Assembly: GCA_003427395.1 (NCBI GenBank)
Contig: BFEA01000018.1
Location: forward strand, 2,249,722-2,313,721
Length of the DNA: 64,000 bases
Direction of reading: 5' to 3'
Source of the DNA: Chara braunii
Taxonomy: Eukaryota > Plantae > Charophyceae
Of this stretch, positions 37,180-48,504 are shown one piece after another. The notes under the pieces were generated by a model that saw only the letters and a list, made by a program, of their open reading frames with translations, did not search any database and was not told the origin of the DNA. Both the position numbers and the translations under genes were made by a program. Within the stretch, counting starts at the first letter, position 1; every line of letters begins with the position of its first letter.

Positions 37180-39250
37180 GGATTGTTTTTTTTGTTTCTT
37201 CTTCTTACAGCTCTCCTTTCACTGTGCCTCTCACGAACAAGGCTCAGCACACTGATTGTGGTTGAGCGAGAGCTGCCCACATCCCCATGTGCCATAATGG
37301 CCCACTTGCACTCTATGAAAGGAGTGCAGAGTAAAGGGGGAGGTACACTCCTGTTCGTTTTTCAGCAAATCTTCAGCTTCAGCTTATATTTTGTCTGTTC
37401 TCTTTATGATACTCATTCCTATGCATTTACTAGTACCACACAAGGGGAGGAAGGAAAAAAAAGAGGAGGGAGTTCTACACCAGAGGAAGGAGGAGGGAGA
37501 AGAGGAAGACGAGGGGACTGAAGGGACAAGGAATAGAACAGAGCAAAGGAAAATTCACAGGGTTCTCAATACTCAGCCGGCAGAGAAGACTACTTTGGAA
37601 TGGCACAAGAGGCCAGTCAGTGTTTCGGTTACAGGGAAATTTGAGTTGAGGGCAGGCGTCACCTACGATGGTAAGCGGCCAACCCTGGACACCGGACAGA
37701 GCCAATTCAGGTGTGGGCTGTGTGGATGCACCGCATCCAACTCTCACAGTTGCCATTGCCACATCGAATGGCATGGCATAGAACACATGTCGCAGGTTAC
37801 GTGGCTCCCGCATGCTAGGAACACAGACGCACAACGACCGCAATTGTATAGGCATTCCCCCCCCTTCCAGCCCTTGTCTAGCATTAGGACATGGCATGTG
37901 AGGGTGTCGTACACGAGTACAACGTTGCTGCACGGGCTATGCCTTCATAATCCTCACGACATAAAGCATTTCTATTACATGGTAGCCGAACCTCCGGTAG
38001 GCCATCATGGTGCGGCACTGAGCAAGTTTCGTGGGTTTCCGCAGCCGATATTCCCTTACTTTAGATCAGGCCATGACTGGGCCTACTCAAAAGTAAGGGT
38101 TTTTCGCTCTTGCAAGATCTGGTCTGCAACAGCTCGCCCTGGAGCAACAACAATTCGGTACAGCGCATGCTAGACGGTTCATGTGCGAGTCTATTCTGCA
38201 CCTCACACTGCCGTGTCGGTTGCTCATCTGGCAATGGAGGAGATCCGACTATGGGTAAAGCCAGAGGGTGGCCAACATTGCATGCGGTAGACGAACGGAG
38301 AGCATGTGGCAGGTAATCGCATCGCGGATAGTCCACACAGTAGTGACACATGCTTTGCATGACAGCTTCCCGGAAACACTGACGACACCTGGCATATTAA
38401 TGACATGCCAGAAAGAAAGCAGGCTGGCGTTCGCAGTTATCTACGCATGTCATGTTGAGGCCACAACGGCAATCGGGGGAACACGATAACTGGCGGGTGA
38501 GTCGTGTGCATTCTAACTGAAATGTACCTTTGTGGAGAGAACAATGGCATGGCACAGCCAGCGTGTGAGCGACAAGACACGCATTACGGGCATAGTACAT
38601 ACAGTGGCCTCGACGTAGCACTATGGGATCATTTGATTCTGCAGACTGTATGCCAGAGGGAGGACCATTCTGGTCTTCACAGTCTCTGTCAGGTTCCTCT
38701 TGCTGTATGAACTCGATTGGCTTTGGCATGCGTTCCGGACAAAGACCATCTCAAGTCGGCGGTTCCATCAAATGATCAGAGGGTGGATCATTGTCAGTTG
38801 GAGTGGGGGAGCAATTGGCCCGAGGTAGATTAGAAGTGGACGGGTCAGATGCAAGAAGGAGAAGCTGATCAACCGCGCTTGTACTCAGAGTGGCCACTAG
38901 TCATGCAAATGCTTCACAGTTGGCTGCATGTCATGTCTGGTACACATCCATGCCTGCAGCACTGTAAAAATCATCGCCACATTGCTGACAGCGGGCTCGG
39001 TATGTACAATTCCTGGCCTATGTAATGGGAGCGAAGGTGTCTTTACATATCGTTGACAGCATCGTGTGAAAATAGATCTCTACCTTCCGCTGGGGGCATG
39101 ATGATCGCTCTGTTCATGTACAAACAAGATCGCTGTGGAGATGTCTCCGCCAAAGAGGCATCTGTGACAGCCAATCTCATGAGGATTATGACGAGGGTGG
39201 AGGGGGGGGTTGGGATGTGAGGAGAGGAGGATGGCAACAACGAAGAAGAT
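37180..39250 (-). mobile_element. Degenerate element with multiple PHD-like fingers (copy B)
   Basis: CGRCASVFLACGSHVTCDMCSMPCHSM...WLCPV (about 37845-37685), CHYCVDYPRC and CHCSLHKGTFQLEC. Same terminal segment as copy A. The upstream boundary is approximate. Confidence 0.5.
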
Positions 39251-39364
39251 GAGGCAATTAACGGAGAGGATGTAGCAGAAGGAGGTGCGTGTGTGTGTAT
39301 GTGCGAGTCAGTGAGCGAGTGTGTGTGTGTGTGTGTCTGCATGTGTGTGAGAGAGAAAGTGGGG

Positions 39365-39403
<39 letters not shown>

Positions 39404-39554
39404 NAAAAAAAAAAAGAGTATACACAAAAACCAACACGTGTGCTTGCAAAGATACCTAATCACAGAACGACCACCCACTAATGAAGGACGACCATCAAAC
39501 ACGCCATTCAAGAACTGCCTGTTTCGAGTGGACCTCACTCTCTCGAGCATGGGC

Positions 39555-39586
39555 CTCTTATACACATCTAGATGTGTATAAGAGAC

Positions 39587-39588
<2 letters not shown>
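39555..39588. other. Nextera mate-pair junction adapter (assembly artefact)
   Basis: CTCTTATACACATCT+AGATGTGTATAAGAGACAG. The preceding ~150 bp are identical to 57100-57252. Confidence 0.97.
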
Positions 39589-39647
<59 letters not shown>

Positions 39648-40204
39648 GCGTACAAAAGGATTCTGCAAGCAGCTTCCACTAAATGTCACATATATATACT
39701 TCCCTTAAAAACTGCAAGTAGCCCCGACGGCCCATTCCCAACAAGGGCATAACCAGGGGCAGTTTCAGCTTGCCAGGTGCAGGGGAGCCCAGGAAGGAGG
39801 GCAGATAATCCAGGAAGCCTTCTCTGGCAACGTTTATTCACCTGTCTTGATAAAGAAAATATGTGAAAGCAACTTTGAATGTATAGGGCAGATGCCATTG
39901 CGAAAGGCAAAGAGAGGCAACACTAATTCCTACGAGTACTACAGACTCGAAATGCTGCCCAACAAAGTTCTGCCGTGCGCTAAACGGCATAAACGCATAT
40001 GGCTGCCCCTATCTGCTGGGCCACGGTCGATCCAAACCCTTCGGGCTCGGAAGGCCAGGATCACTAAAGCACGGAATCTCAACAAGACTTGTGTTGCCCC
40101 TAGTTTTCAGGAAAATAGGTTCAGGCACTAAAACACTTGTGTTCTGCTGAGCCGAACCGCTATGGTAGTAAGCATGAAATATCAACAAAATCATAGAAAC
40201 TCAC

Positions 40205-40268
40205 CTTCAGATCTACATATGTCCGATGTTTTGAATGAGCAAATGCCTGCACTTTCACATCCCGCCAC
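40205..40268 (-). CDS. TRP/TRFL protein, Myb telobox exon
   Basis: tttgcag|G TGG CGG GAT GTG AAA...GAT CTG AAG|gtgagt = (R)WRDVKVQAFAHSKHRTYVDLK. Phases 2 and 0 fit both neighbouring exons. Confidence 0.93.
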
Positions 40269-40613
40269 CTGCAAAGTCAACAATCCAACAGTTGCAGTGG
40301 ATGAGATGCGCAGACCTTAATCAAGATGGCGTTCACACATCTCCCAAGGTTGGATCTTCACTAGAAAGTCCACCCGTTTTCAGAAATGAATCAAGATTTC
40401 TATGGAGATTTGTCCGCTCCTTTCTTCACCATGCTGCTGGGGAAAGGGTGGACAACCTGCACGTTGTCCTTTCATCACCATTAATGATCGTGTGCTTCGG
40501 TTGGCAAGTGCAACTGCAACATGGGATTCGGGCATGTTCATTCATAGTCTAATGAAGTCGACGAGACGACAAGGCCTGCACACAGGCATGGAGATGTAAT
40601 GATGATGACAGTG

Positions 40614-40647
<34 letters not shown>

Positions 40648-40773
40648 TCCATGGAGACAGCTGGAGATTCTTTGGGGGAAGAAGAGTAGAGCTCTCATTG
40701 TGTGGAAAACCATGCGGCTTCATGAACTGGCAAAGATGAGCTTACAATTGCATACGAGCAAATTCAAGCGCAC

Positions 40774-41439
40774 CTGCCAGTCCCCAGACGCTCAACTGCA
40801 CTGACAAGGGCTTCTACTTCTGCAACAGAGAATGGCCTCCTCACTCTCCTCTTCCCTTGAAGTTTAATCATAGATGGATCTGTGACTTGCCGGCTAGCAA
40901 CGTACTCTCCATCTTCATCTCCACTCGTCCTCCTTGTGTCCGTGAGGCCATCTTCACCATCACTGCTGTTGTCATCGAAGTTAACGCCGTCATTGTCCTC
41001 ACCGTCCGCATCCTCCCACAATATCTCTTCGTCTCGCCTTTCAGCCTCTGCCTGTGCACGGATCGCAGCAAGAGCTTCTGCTGCAGCAACCCTTCCTTTA
41101 GTGACGCTCAAAGTCTGCATCACTTGTCGCGAATCCGGATCAGATTCCTTGCTTGTTCCACTGAATCCCACACCCTTTCCTCTTCCTCTTCCCCGTCCAC
41201 GACCTCTGCCTCTGCCCCTCCCTAGACCTTGCCCCCTTCCTATGCAGTGAGCCCTGTATACTGTAAGAGCATGGGCAATTGCATGTCCTCCTGAATAAGT
41301 AGAAGTACGTTGCCCGTCTTCACTACCCGAGGGCCGTCTCGCACGACCCTTCATCATCTTCCTCCCTCTTCCCCTTCCAGAGAACGTCTTCGTCGGAGGG
41401 GGCCCATCATCTGACATGCCAGAGCTTCCAGGCACAATG
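40774..41439 (-). CDS. TRP/TRFL protein, exon with RG-repeat, acidic stretch and first half of the Myb domain
   Basis: ORF 40764-41447 ends KRRVRRPFSVAEVEALVSAVERLGTG(R), the canonical telobox Myb start. Acceptor tgcgcag|c, donor GGCAG|gtgcgc. Confidence 0.9.
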
Positions 41440-41702
41440 CTGCGCACACAAAAAACAATTTACCCCACCGATAAATACAGTAATCACAATCACACGCTGC
41501 GAACCATCGACGTGCCGCGCCCACTGCACGCCACAACCAGTGATCATGAACAATTACACTTTCAGACTTAAAGTTTATTTTGATGATTGCCTGTCTCTTT
41601 CCATTTCTATCTATTTATACGTTCGATTCTGCAGAGGCAGGTGCCTGTTCATGTGTCTGTTCATTCAGTAAGGACAAAAAGTGCCCATTTTTGTCCATAC
41701 TA

Positions 41703-41807
41703 CAGTCTTCCCCCGAATACAACGTACGGTCATTATAGCTGAACTTGGTCGATCTTTCCGTCTAAATTCAGTTATAATGACCGTACGTTGTATTCGGGGG
41801 AAGACTG
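41703..41807. mobile_element. Tc1/mariner-type palindromic MITE (~105 bp)
   Basis: Long TIRs CAGTCTTCCCCCGAATACAACGTACGGTCATTATA with TA on both sides. Confidence 0.9.
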
Positions 41808-42705
41808 TAGGACAACTGTTCATTTCTGTCCTCTGTGCACATTCGTGCTCTGAGCGTGTGTGTTCTTTGTGGACGTATGTGCCTGTTGGTGCTTGCACAT
41901 GTTTGTCAGGGGTTCATTGGGGGGCAGCACCATCTTTATCCATTTGCACATGTTCGGCATGGGCCCATTGGAGGGCTGCACCATCTTTATCCACATTACG
42001 GGCCTCGCTACATTACTCAACCTTCAACACGCCAAGGGCAGACACTTCGACCGTATACAATGCCTAAATGTGTATTGGGGCTGTTAACATGTGCAGATAA
42101 AATAAGACTGTTACATACTGGGAGTGAGGCCCTATGACAGGCCCTTTTTCCCCTACTACATGACTATTCGTCGTCTCCCCTTGGAGAAGAAGGTCGAGAC
42201 TTCAGACCAAGCCTTTGCCCCAATAGCAGAGGATGGAGACAGGCCCCAGGATCCGGACCAACTACACATCATCTGAACATCACAGGACCATTTTAGGGTC
42301 CATACTGTTCTCCCAATCAATCAATAAATAGTATATCTGAGTGGCCAAGAAACAGGCGCGCCAGATGGGGTAACGCCCTGCTGCACTTTACAGTGGTCGG
42401 TTCGGCCAGGCAAATTCACTTAGTTCGTTCTCCTGATGATTCGCCCCACTGCTGGATGGGTGCACTAGTGGTAAGTGATAGTGGATGTTATCCACCATAG
42501 ACCTGGCCCAGCATCCAGAGGTGCAATCAGGAGAGGTCTGCAGGTTGAGACAGGAAGGGGAAGGTCCCTGGCCATCATAGCAACTGTTCCACAGTCCTAT
42601 CCAGCAGCCATGTCATCGCCATATGGTTCTGTATCAACCCACCCTCAAAACATCCTCTCTCTCTCTGCAGGTCAGTTGTCACTAACAGATAAAATAGCTT
42701 TTTAT

Positions 42706-42800
<95 letters not shown>

Positions 42801-43183
42801 TTCCGATTTCTCGTTTGGGGAGGGAGGGAGTGTGGGAGACTTGAGTTGCGATTTTGGGGGAGAGGTGAGCATGTTGGGACAGATATGGCGGAACATTCAT
42901 TTCCGGTGAACTTTAAAGGTGGCGATAAGGACTTAGATGGAGGAGAAATTCGCATTAACGTTTTGAGTCATTCTCATCTCCATCTTCTCTCCTCCTCCTC
43001 CTCCATTTGCCTCCCAATTCGTCCCTGGATGTATGGTGGCTGTGATGTGCTACCACATGCTGTCGTTTTGTGTCCTCAGCTGTGCTTCATATGCGACATT
43101 CCATCCTTGGTCCCGCAGTGCCCATCCAGTCTTACCCTGGGTATGCATCACAATGGTCCAGCAGTGCCCATCCGGAAATATCC

Positions 43184-43260
43184 GAACCTAACTGTATGCC
43201 TGGACCGAATCCCACTTCATCCTAGCAGGATGGATTCGGTCCAGGCATACAGTTAGGTTC
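43184..43260. repeat. Perfect 29-bp inverted repeat (hairpin)
   Basis: gaacctaactgtatgcctggaccgaatcc / ggattcggtccaggcatacagttaggttc. Confidence 0.92.
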
Positions 43261-43663
43261 ATAGCAGTTACAAGCAATAGCCCGGGGTCGGACATACCCG
43301 CTGTGCTGCTGCTGCTGCTGTTCCTATTGCCCCGGACAAACAGCGAGAAAAGTCTGTTGTCTGAACCTGACCTCAGCCCTTGGTACGGCCACACTCGGTC
43401 CAACGGGTAAAGCGCCCCCACCCCAACCTGTTGCGAGTTATATTTGGTCATGCGAACAACAAGGAGAGTCACAAGGGGGGTATGATTGTGCATACAAATG
43501 TGGTACGATGATGGGTGTTGTGGTTCATAACTTCATGCTCTTGGTGAGGAAACAAGGCTCAACGATTTTCATAGCCTCGCGTACACCTCAAGCAGAACAA
43601 GCAGTAGTAGGGGTGATAACCCAGGCAATCCACAGAGTAGGGCATAGAGCTGGTGGTACTTGC

Positions 43664-43923
43664 CTCTGTTGTATAGGAAGAGGCAACCCGACAACAGGAG
43701 CGGGAGTGGCAGGCGGAAGAGCGACATCCTTATCCTCAGATGACCCAAGGAGATCTCCCAATCCAGAGTCTATCTCCAACCGGAACCCAATCATGTTCTC
43801 ATCAGATGTCAGACCGCATTCGGCCAATGTTGCCTTTTCATCTTCCATCAACTTTCCCCCAATGAGAATGCGAGGTCGCAAATTCCGCAGCATCAACCGA
43901 GCAACCCGATCAGCCACCTTCTT
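43664..43923 (-). CDS. TRP/TRFL protein, second half of the ubiquitin-like domain
   Basis: ggcag|KKVADRVARLMLRNLRPRILIGGKLMEDEKATLAECGLTSDENMIGFRLE resembles the TRP1-type segment GKKVRDD..TL.Q.GI.....LGF.LE. The donor is inferred as AG|gcaagt from phase. Confidence 0.8.
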
Positions 43924-44174
43924 CTGCCGAATTCAAGACGAAGAATCACAACACAAAGGCAACGCATCCAAGGAAGCACGGATTTAAAACTACAGGCCCA
44001 TCATAGACACTTGTCCTCAAAAGAAGGCCTCAAAAGGCCCGTACAAAACAGAATGCCACGAAACCTCTTCGAATTTCGAAGTTCAAACATCCATGCAACC
44101 ATTAACAGCGCATTCGGACGCACTGAATTTCCCCCATCTATTCCCGCAATCCCCTTGCCGCAAAAAGTTGCATA

Positions 44175-44281
44175 CCGTCTTCCCCCAAATAGAATGCACG
44201 GTCAATGTCTTTGCATCTAGACTGAATGTTACCCTAAATTCAACTAGAACGACCGTACTTTCTGTTCCGGGGAAAACAGTT
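44175..44281. mobile_element. Same MITE family, diverged
   Basis: ccgtcttcccccaaatagaatgcacggtc...gaccgtactttctgttccggggaaaacag. Confidence 0.75.
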
Positions 44282-45425
44282 GTCATTATATGCCTGTAAC
44301 CAGCCTGTTGCAAAAGCCACGGCGCAGTTAAGTACAGAAATATACTTCATCTTATTTATTTGGATTTCATATGTCAAATCCGTCAAACAAACAAGCAAAT
44401 GCGGCATAGTCTTTTCTATCTCCTTCTTTTCATAGTCTCTAAAGGCAGACTCATGGAGTTTTCAAGAAGCCGGTCAGTGGTCATCCGCTTCATAGGAGCC
44501 CCATGCGGGACACCTGACTGGTACGAATGCATACACTTGTTCACTGTAGGAAATTCCAAAGCTGGCAAGAGCCTATTACGCAGGTGTGTTAAGCGGGCAG
44601 ATACATATTAGTATGATATTACCCTCTCACTTTACGCAGAGAATTTGCCATGAATACGCCCATGCAAATTGCCCCACTCCTTAGTAATCAAACAGAGCTC
44701 ATCTGCTATTGCAGTCAATCACCAGTGGGGCAGCCGCACTTTGGCGTGCCCAGTGCCTGCCCGAACCTTACCCTCCATAAAAATATTGTTTGCCACTGAG
44801 ATTTCTGACATTGTTCAACACATCCGTCGCAAGAATGTGCATTAAACTTGATTAAAGATGCCAAAATCCCAGCAGAACAAAAAAATAAAATAAAAATTCC
44901 GGGTGGTGTTTTTTGGAGGAAAAAAAAAAAAGGAAAGAAAGAAAAAGGAAAAAAAAAAGGAAANNNNNNNNNNNNNNNNNNNNNNNNNNNNNNNNNNNNN
45001 NNAAAAAAAAAAAGGAAAAAAAAAAAGAAAACAGATGCACATAACAAGTTAGTTAACAACCTATGCCAAGAATGCTAAAATATCATTTAATATGATCAAA
45101 TTATTCAAATATATGTGACGTTGCTCGCATGTCAGAAAGTATCACCTAATGCTCGTATGAAAATATCCCCTGATGCCCCACAAAGATATATGATGTACCC
45201 ATCAATGGGCACGTTTTTTTGCAGGATGCGTTTTTTTTTTGGGACGTCAGTGGATGAATGCATAGGGGCTCTATGTGATATTCTCACACACAACTGTACT
45301 CAAGATACTTTCGAACTTTTGGTTAAGTAATAATTCGTCGCATGCCTTATATCACCCTCCATGATGTCAATGCCTGACCACATATCACATCTGCTTCAGC
45401 TGTCATCAGTTAAATATGCCTAATC

Positions 45426-46052
45426 CAGTGCTGGTCCCCGGATGGACCGGGGGACCTTCGACCGACCGGGAGCCTACCAGTCCGACCGGCCGGTTCACTG
45501 GCCCGGCAGGCCTCCGGTTCAATTCGGCGCAGCCATTTTGGGGGGCGGTACGGGGGATTTTCCGGCGTCCCCATCCCCACCCAGCCTCTGGGAGGCTGCC
45601 GCCAGCAGTTGGAAAAAAAGACTGGCCCTACCGGACCCCGATTTCGTTTGGCAACGCGCGGCCAATCTCCGCCGCTGATCCGCGCAGATCGACAGTGGAG
45701 ATCGGCCGCGCGTTTCCAAACAAAAACGGGGTCAAATTTGAAAACGCGGTCGATGTCGACCGCAGATCTGCGGATCTGCGGCCGAAATCGACCGCGTTTT
45801 GAAATTTGGATAAAGCGCCATGCGCTGCCTCCGCCGCTCCGCCCCATGTGCCTCACGCTACAGCAAGAACGCACGACATTGACGTCGCGCCGTTCTGCAT
45901 GCGCGTCGACGTCATGATCTGCCACCAGGCGACCAGCGCCAGCGGCCCGTCTCCAGCCCGCCACCGACCTCTCTCTGCAGCTGCTTTGCCCCGTCAGCCC
46001 GCTTTGTTGCAACCGCCCCCCATAGCCGCGAAGGTAAGTCCACCAGCGCCCC

Positions 46053-46084
<32 letters not shown>

Positions 46085-47110
46085 CTCTCCACCTCCTCCT
46101 CCCCCCCCCTTCTTCTTCGTTTTCCTCTCCTCCTCCTCCTCCTCCTTCCTCCTCCTCTTCTTCTTCTCTTCCTCCTTGTCCTCGTCCTCATCATCTTCTT
46201 CCATCCTCCTCCTCTTCTTCTTGTTCTCCTCCTCGTCCTCTTCTTCTTCATATTTTTCCCTCCTCATCTTCTTCTCCTCCTCCTCCTCCTCCTCCTCTTC
46301 TTCTTCTTCTTCTTCTTCTTCTTCTTCTTCCTCCTCCTCGTCCTCGTCATTTTTTTTCCCTCCTCTTCTTGTTCTCCTCGTCCTCTTCTTCATCTTTTTC
46401 CCTCCTCCTCCTCATCCTCTTCTTCTTCTTCTTCTTCTTCTTCTTCTTCTTCTTCTTCTTCTCCTCCTCCTCCTCCTCCTCTTCTTCTTCTCCGTCTCCT
46501 TCTTCTTCTTCTCCTTCTTCGACGTCTTCTTCTTCTTTGTCTTATCCTCCTCCTCCTCCTCCTCCTCCTCCTCCTCCTACCTCCCCATTGAGCCCGAGCC
46601 ATAGCCGTAGTGATTCCCCCCCCCCCCCATCTCGGATTCTTCTTCTTCTTCTTCTACTGCTGCTGCTGCGTTTTTCTTCTACTATTCTTTTTCTTCTTCT
46701 TCTCCTTCTCCTCTCCTGCTCCTCTGCTTCCCTCCCCGTTGAACCAGAGCCATAGCCATAGCAATATTTTTTTTCCATCTTTCGTATCAGATTCTCCTTC
46801 TCTTCCTCCTCCTCCTCCTCTTCTTTTTCTTCTTCTTCTTCTTCTTCTTGGGGCCGCAGTCAGAAAAAAACACCGTCCCCCCACCTCCACCCCCACCCCC
46901 CCCAATAAAAAAAAAATCCTCACTTCGCAAGTTTTATTACAGAATCCGACAGATCTCAGCGAGCGCAGTCGGATGCTGCAATCAGAAAAAAAAAAAAAAA
47001 AATTGGGCATTTTTGGGGGGCATCCGTTTTTTCCGGTTCACCCCCTCTGGACCGGTCCGGCCGCGGTTGGACAGGGGCAGGTTATCCGGCCGGTTGCTGG
47101 CCCAGCCCTG
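45426..47110. mobile_element. hAT-type non-autonomous element with CTT/CCT-rich interior, in a TRFL intron
   Basis: Termini CAGTGCTGG...CCAGCCCTG. Perfect 8-bp TSD GCCTAATC (45418-45425, 47111-47118). Subterminal accgg motifs. Confidence 0.88.
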
Positions 47111-47591
47111 GCCTAATCTCAATAAAGTTGAATAAACCCAGCTCCATCATCACATGGTAATGAAGTAAGAACTCAGAACTTGGAAGGCTTCCACACTATG
47201 AAAAAGACAAAAAAACTTAAAGTCATTTGAAAAAAATTGTCCTACAGCCTACAGGCTAGCATGTGTATAAAAAAAAGTACATGAACCACTGCCTGCCCAT
47301 TTTTTTGGAACTAGATTTCGACATCTAGATGATCTAGTCTCGTATCATGTTGGGACTGACTGTCTCTCTGGTCTAGTTCTCTTCAACGCAAAGGCGGTTC
47401 ATTTAGCAGCTCAGGCGCCCTACCTTTCTTTTTTTACTCTACTCAAATGATACCCCCAGAGTCTTCACCCACCGTAGAGTTTATGATGCAAATCATACAG
47501 ACAATTTCATTCAAAGATTTTCTCTAGCTTGACAGGCGAACATATCCTGTTCTGGTCGGACCTGCTATGCTAAATACTAAATAGTAAATAC

Positions 47592-47889
47592 CTAGGCTAC
47601 CAGCCGGGCCGCCCGGGTCACCCTATTTTCCCGGACGGCCCGGCCGTGCAAGGACCAGGGAAGGTCCTAGCAAAAACAAAAANNAAAAAAAAAAAAAAAA
47701 AAAAATCGAAAAAAAACTATGTTATGCAGAAAAATAAACTGAACAACTATTGCCTNAGGGTCACATCGAAATTNTTTACCAAATTTGAAATAAAAATTAA
47801 AGTTAAAAAAAATATTTTTTATTTTTTTATTTTTTTATTTTTTGTAGGCCCGGCCGGGCAAGTGGCCCCGGGCCACTCTGGCAGCCTAG
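47592..47889. mobile_element. hAT-type MITE (CTAGGCTACCAG termini), second copy
   Basis: TIR CTAGGCT(A/G)CCAG with 8-bp TSD GTAAATAC. Confidence 0.85.
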
Positions 47890-48424
47890 GTAAATACTAA
47901 ATAGTAAATACTATTTAGTATTTCCCTTTTTCTTCATGCCAAGAGATCTCCGCCGTTACTAGTACTTATTACGCCTGAGTCACTGGACAGAATTGAACCG
48001 CAAATCGATCCTACAACAACTTGCCAACTGGACAGCAGTGAACATGACTGTATAGCAGTGTACATAACCGGATACAGAACCCGGTGCGAAGAAGATACAA
48101 TACTCGTACAAGCTCGTCCGGGAAATGGCAGAGGAATAAAACTAGAGGCTAGAGGTGCAAAAGCTTCTAAAAATGGTTACGTCCTTGTCCATCTCCTGCA
48201 TGCCAACAGGCGACGACTAGCAAACAGGAAGACAACAAGCATAGACTGAGACCTGACCATGAAAGGGAAGAAGTGAGGGATGGGAATGAACAGGAACAGA
48301 GGGGAGGAGGGCAAAGGAGGAGAAGGGATGGTAATTGACCGAAGGGAGGAGGAGGGAGTACGAAGGAGGGGATGGAGGTGGGGGGTGTTTAACACAGGCA
48401 GAGTGAGACCAAAGGAAGCAGCAC

Positions 48425-48504
48425 CTGTAGAGTGGCAATGGAAGCCACTGAAGAAAGCTCAACTGTTACATCGGGCAGCTCAAATGCATTTACGCTGATC
48501 CGCA
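48425..48504 (-). CDS. TRP/TRFL protein, first half of the ubiquitin-like domain
   Basis: gttcag|TG CGG ATC...CTA CAG|gtgctg = (V)RISVNAFELPDVTVELSSVASIATLQ, comparable to TRP1-type VKLRIKSF.VPEL.IE.PETATVGSLK. Phases 1 and 0 fit the neighbours. Confidence 0.8.
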
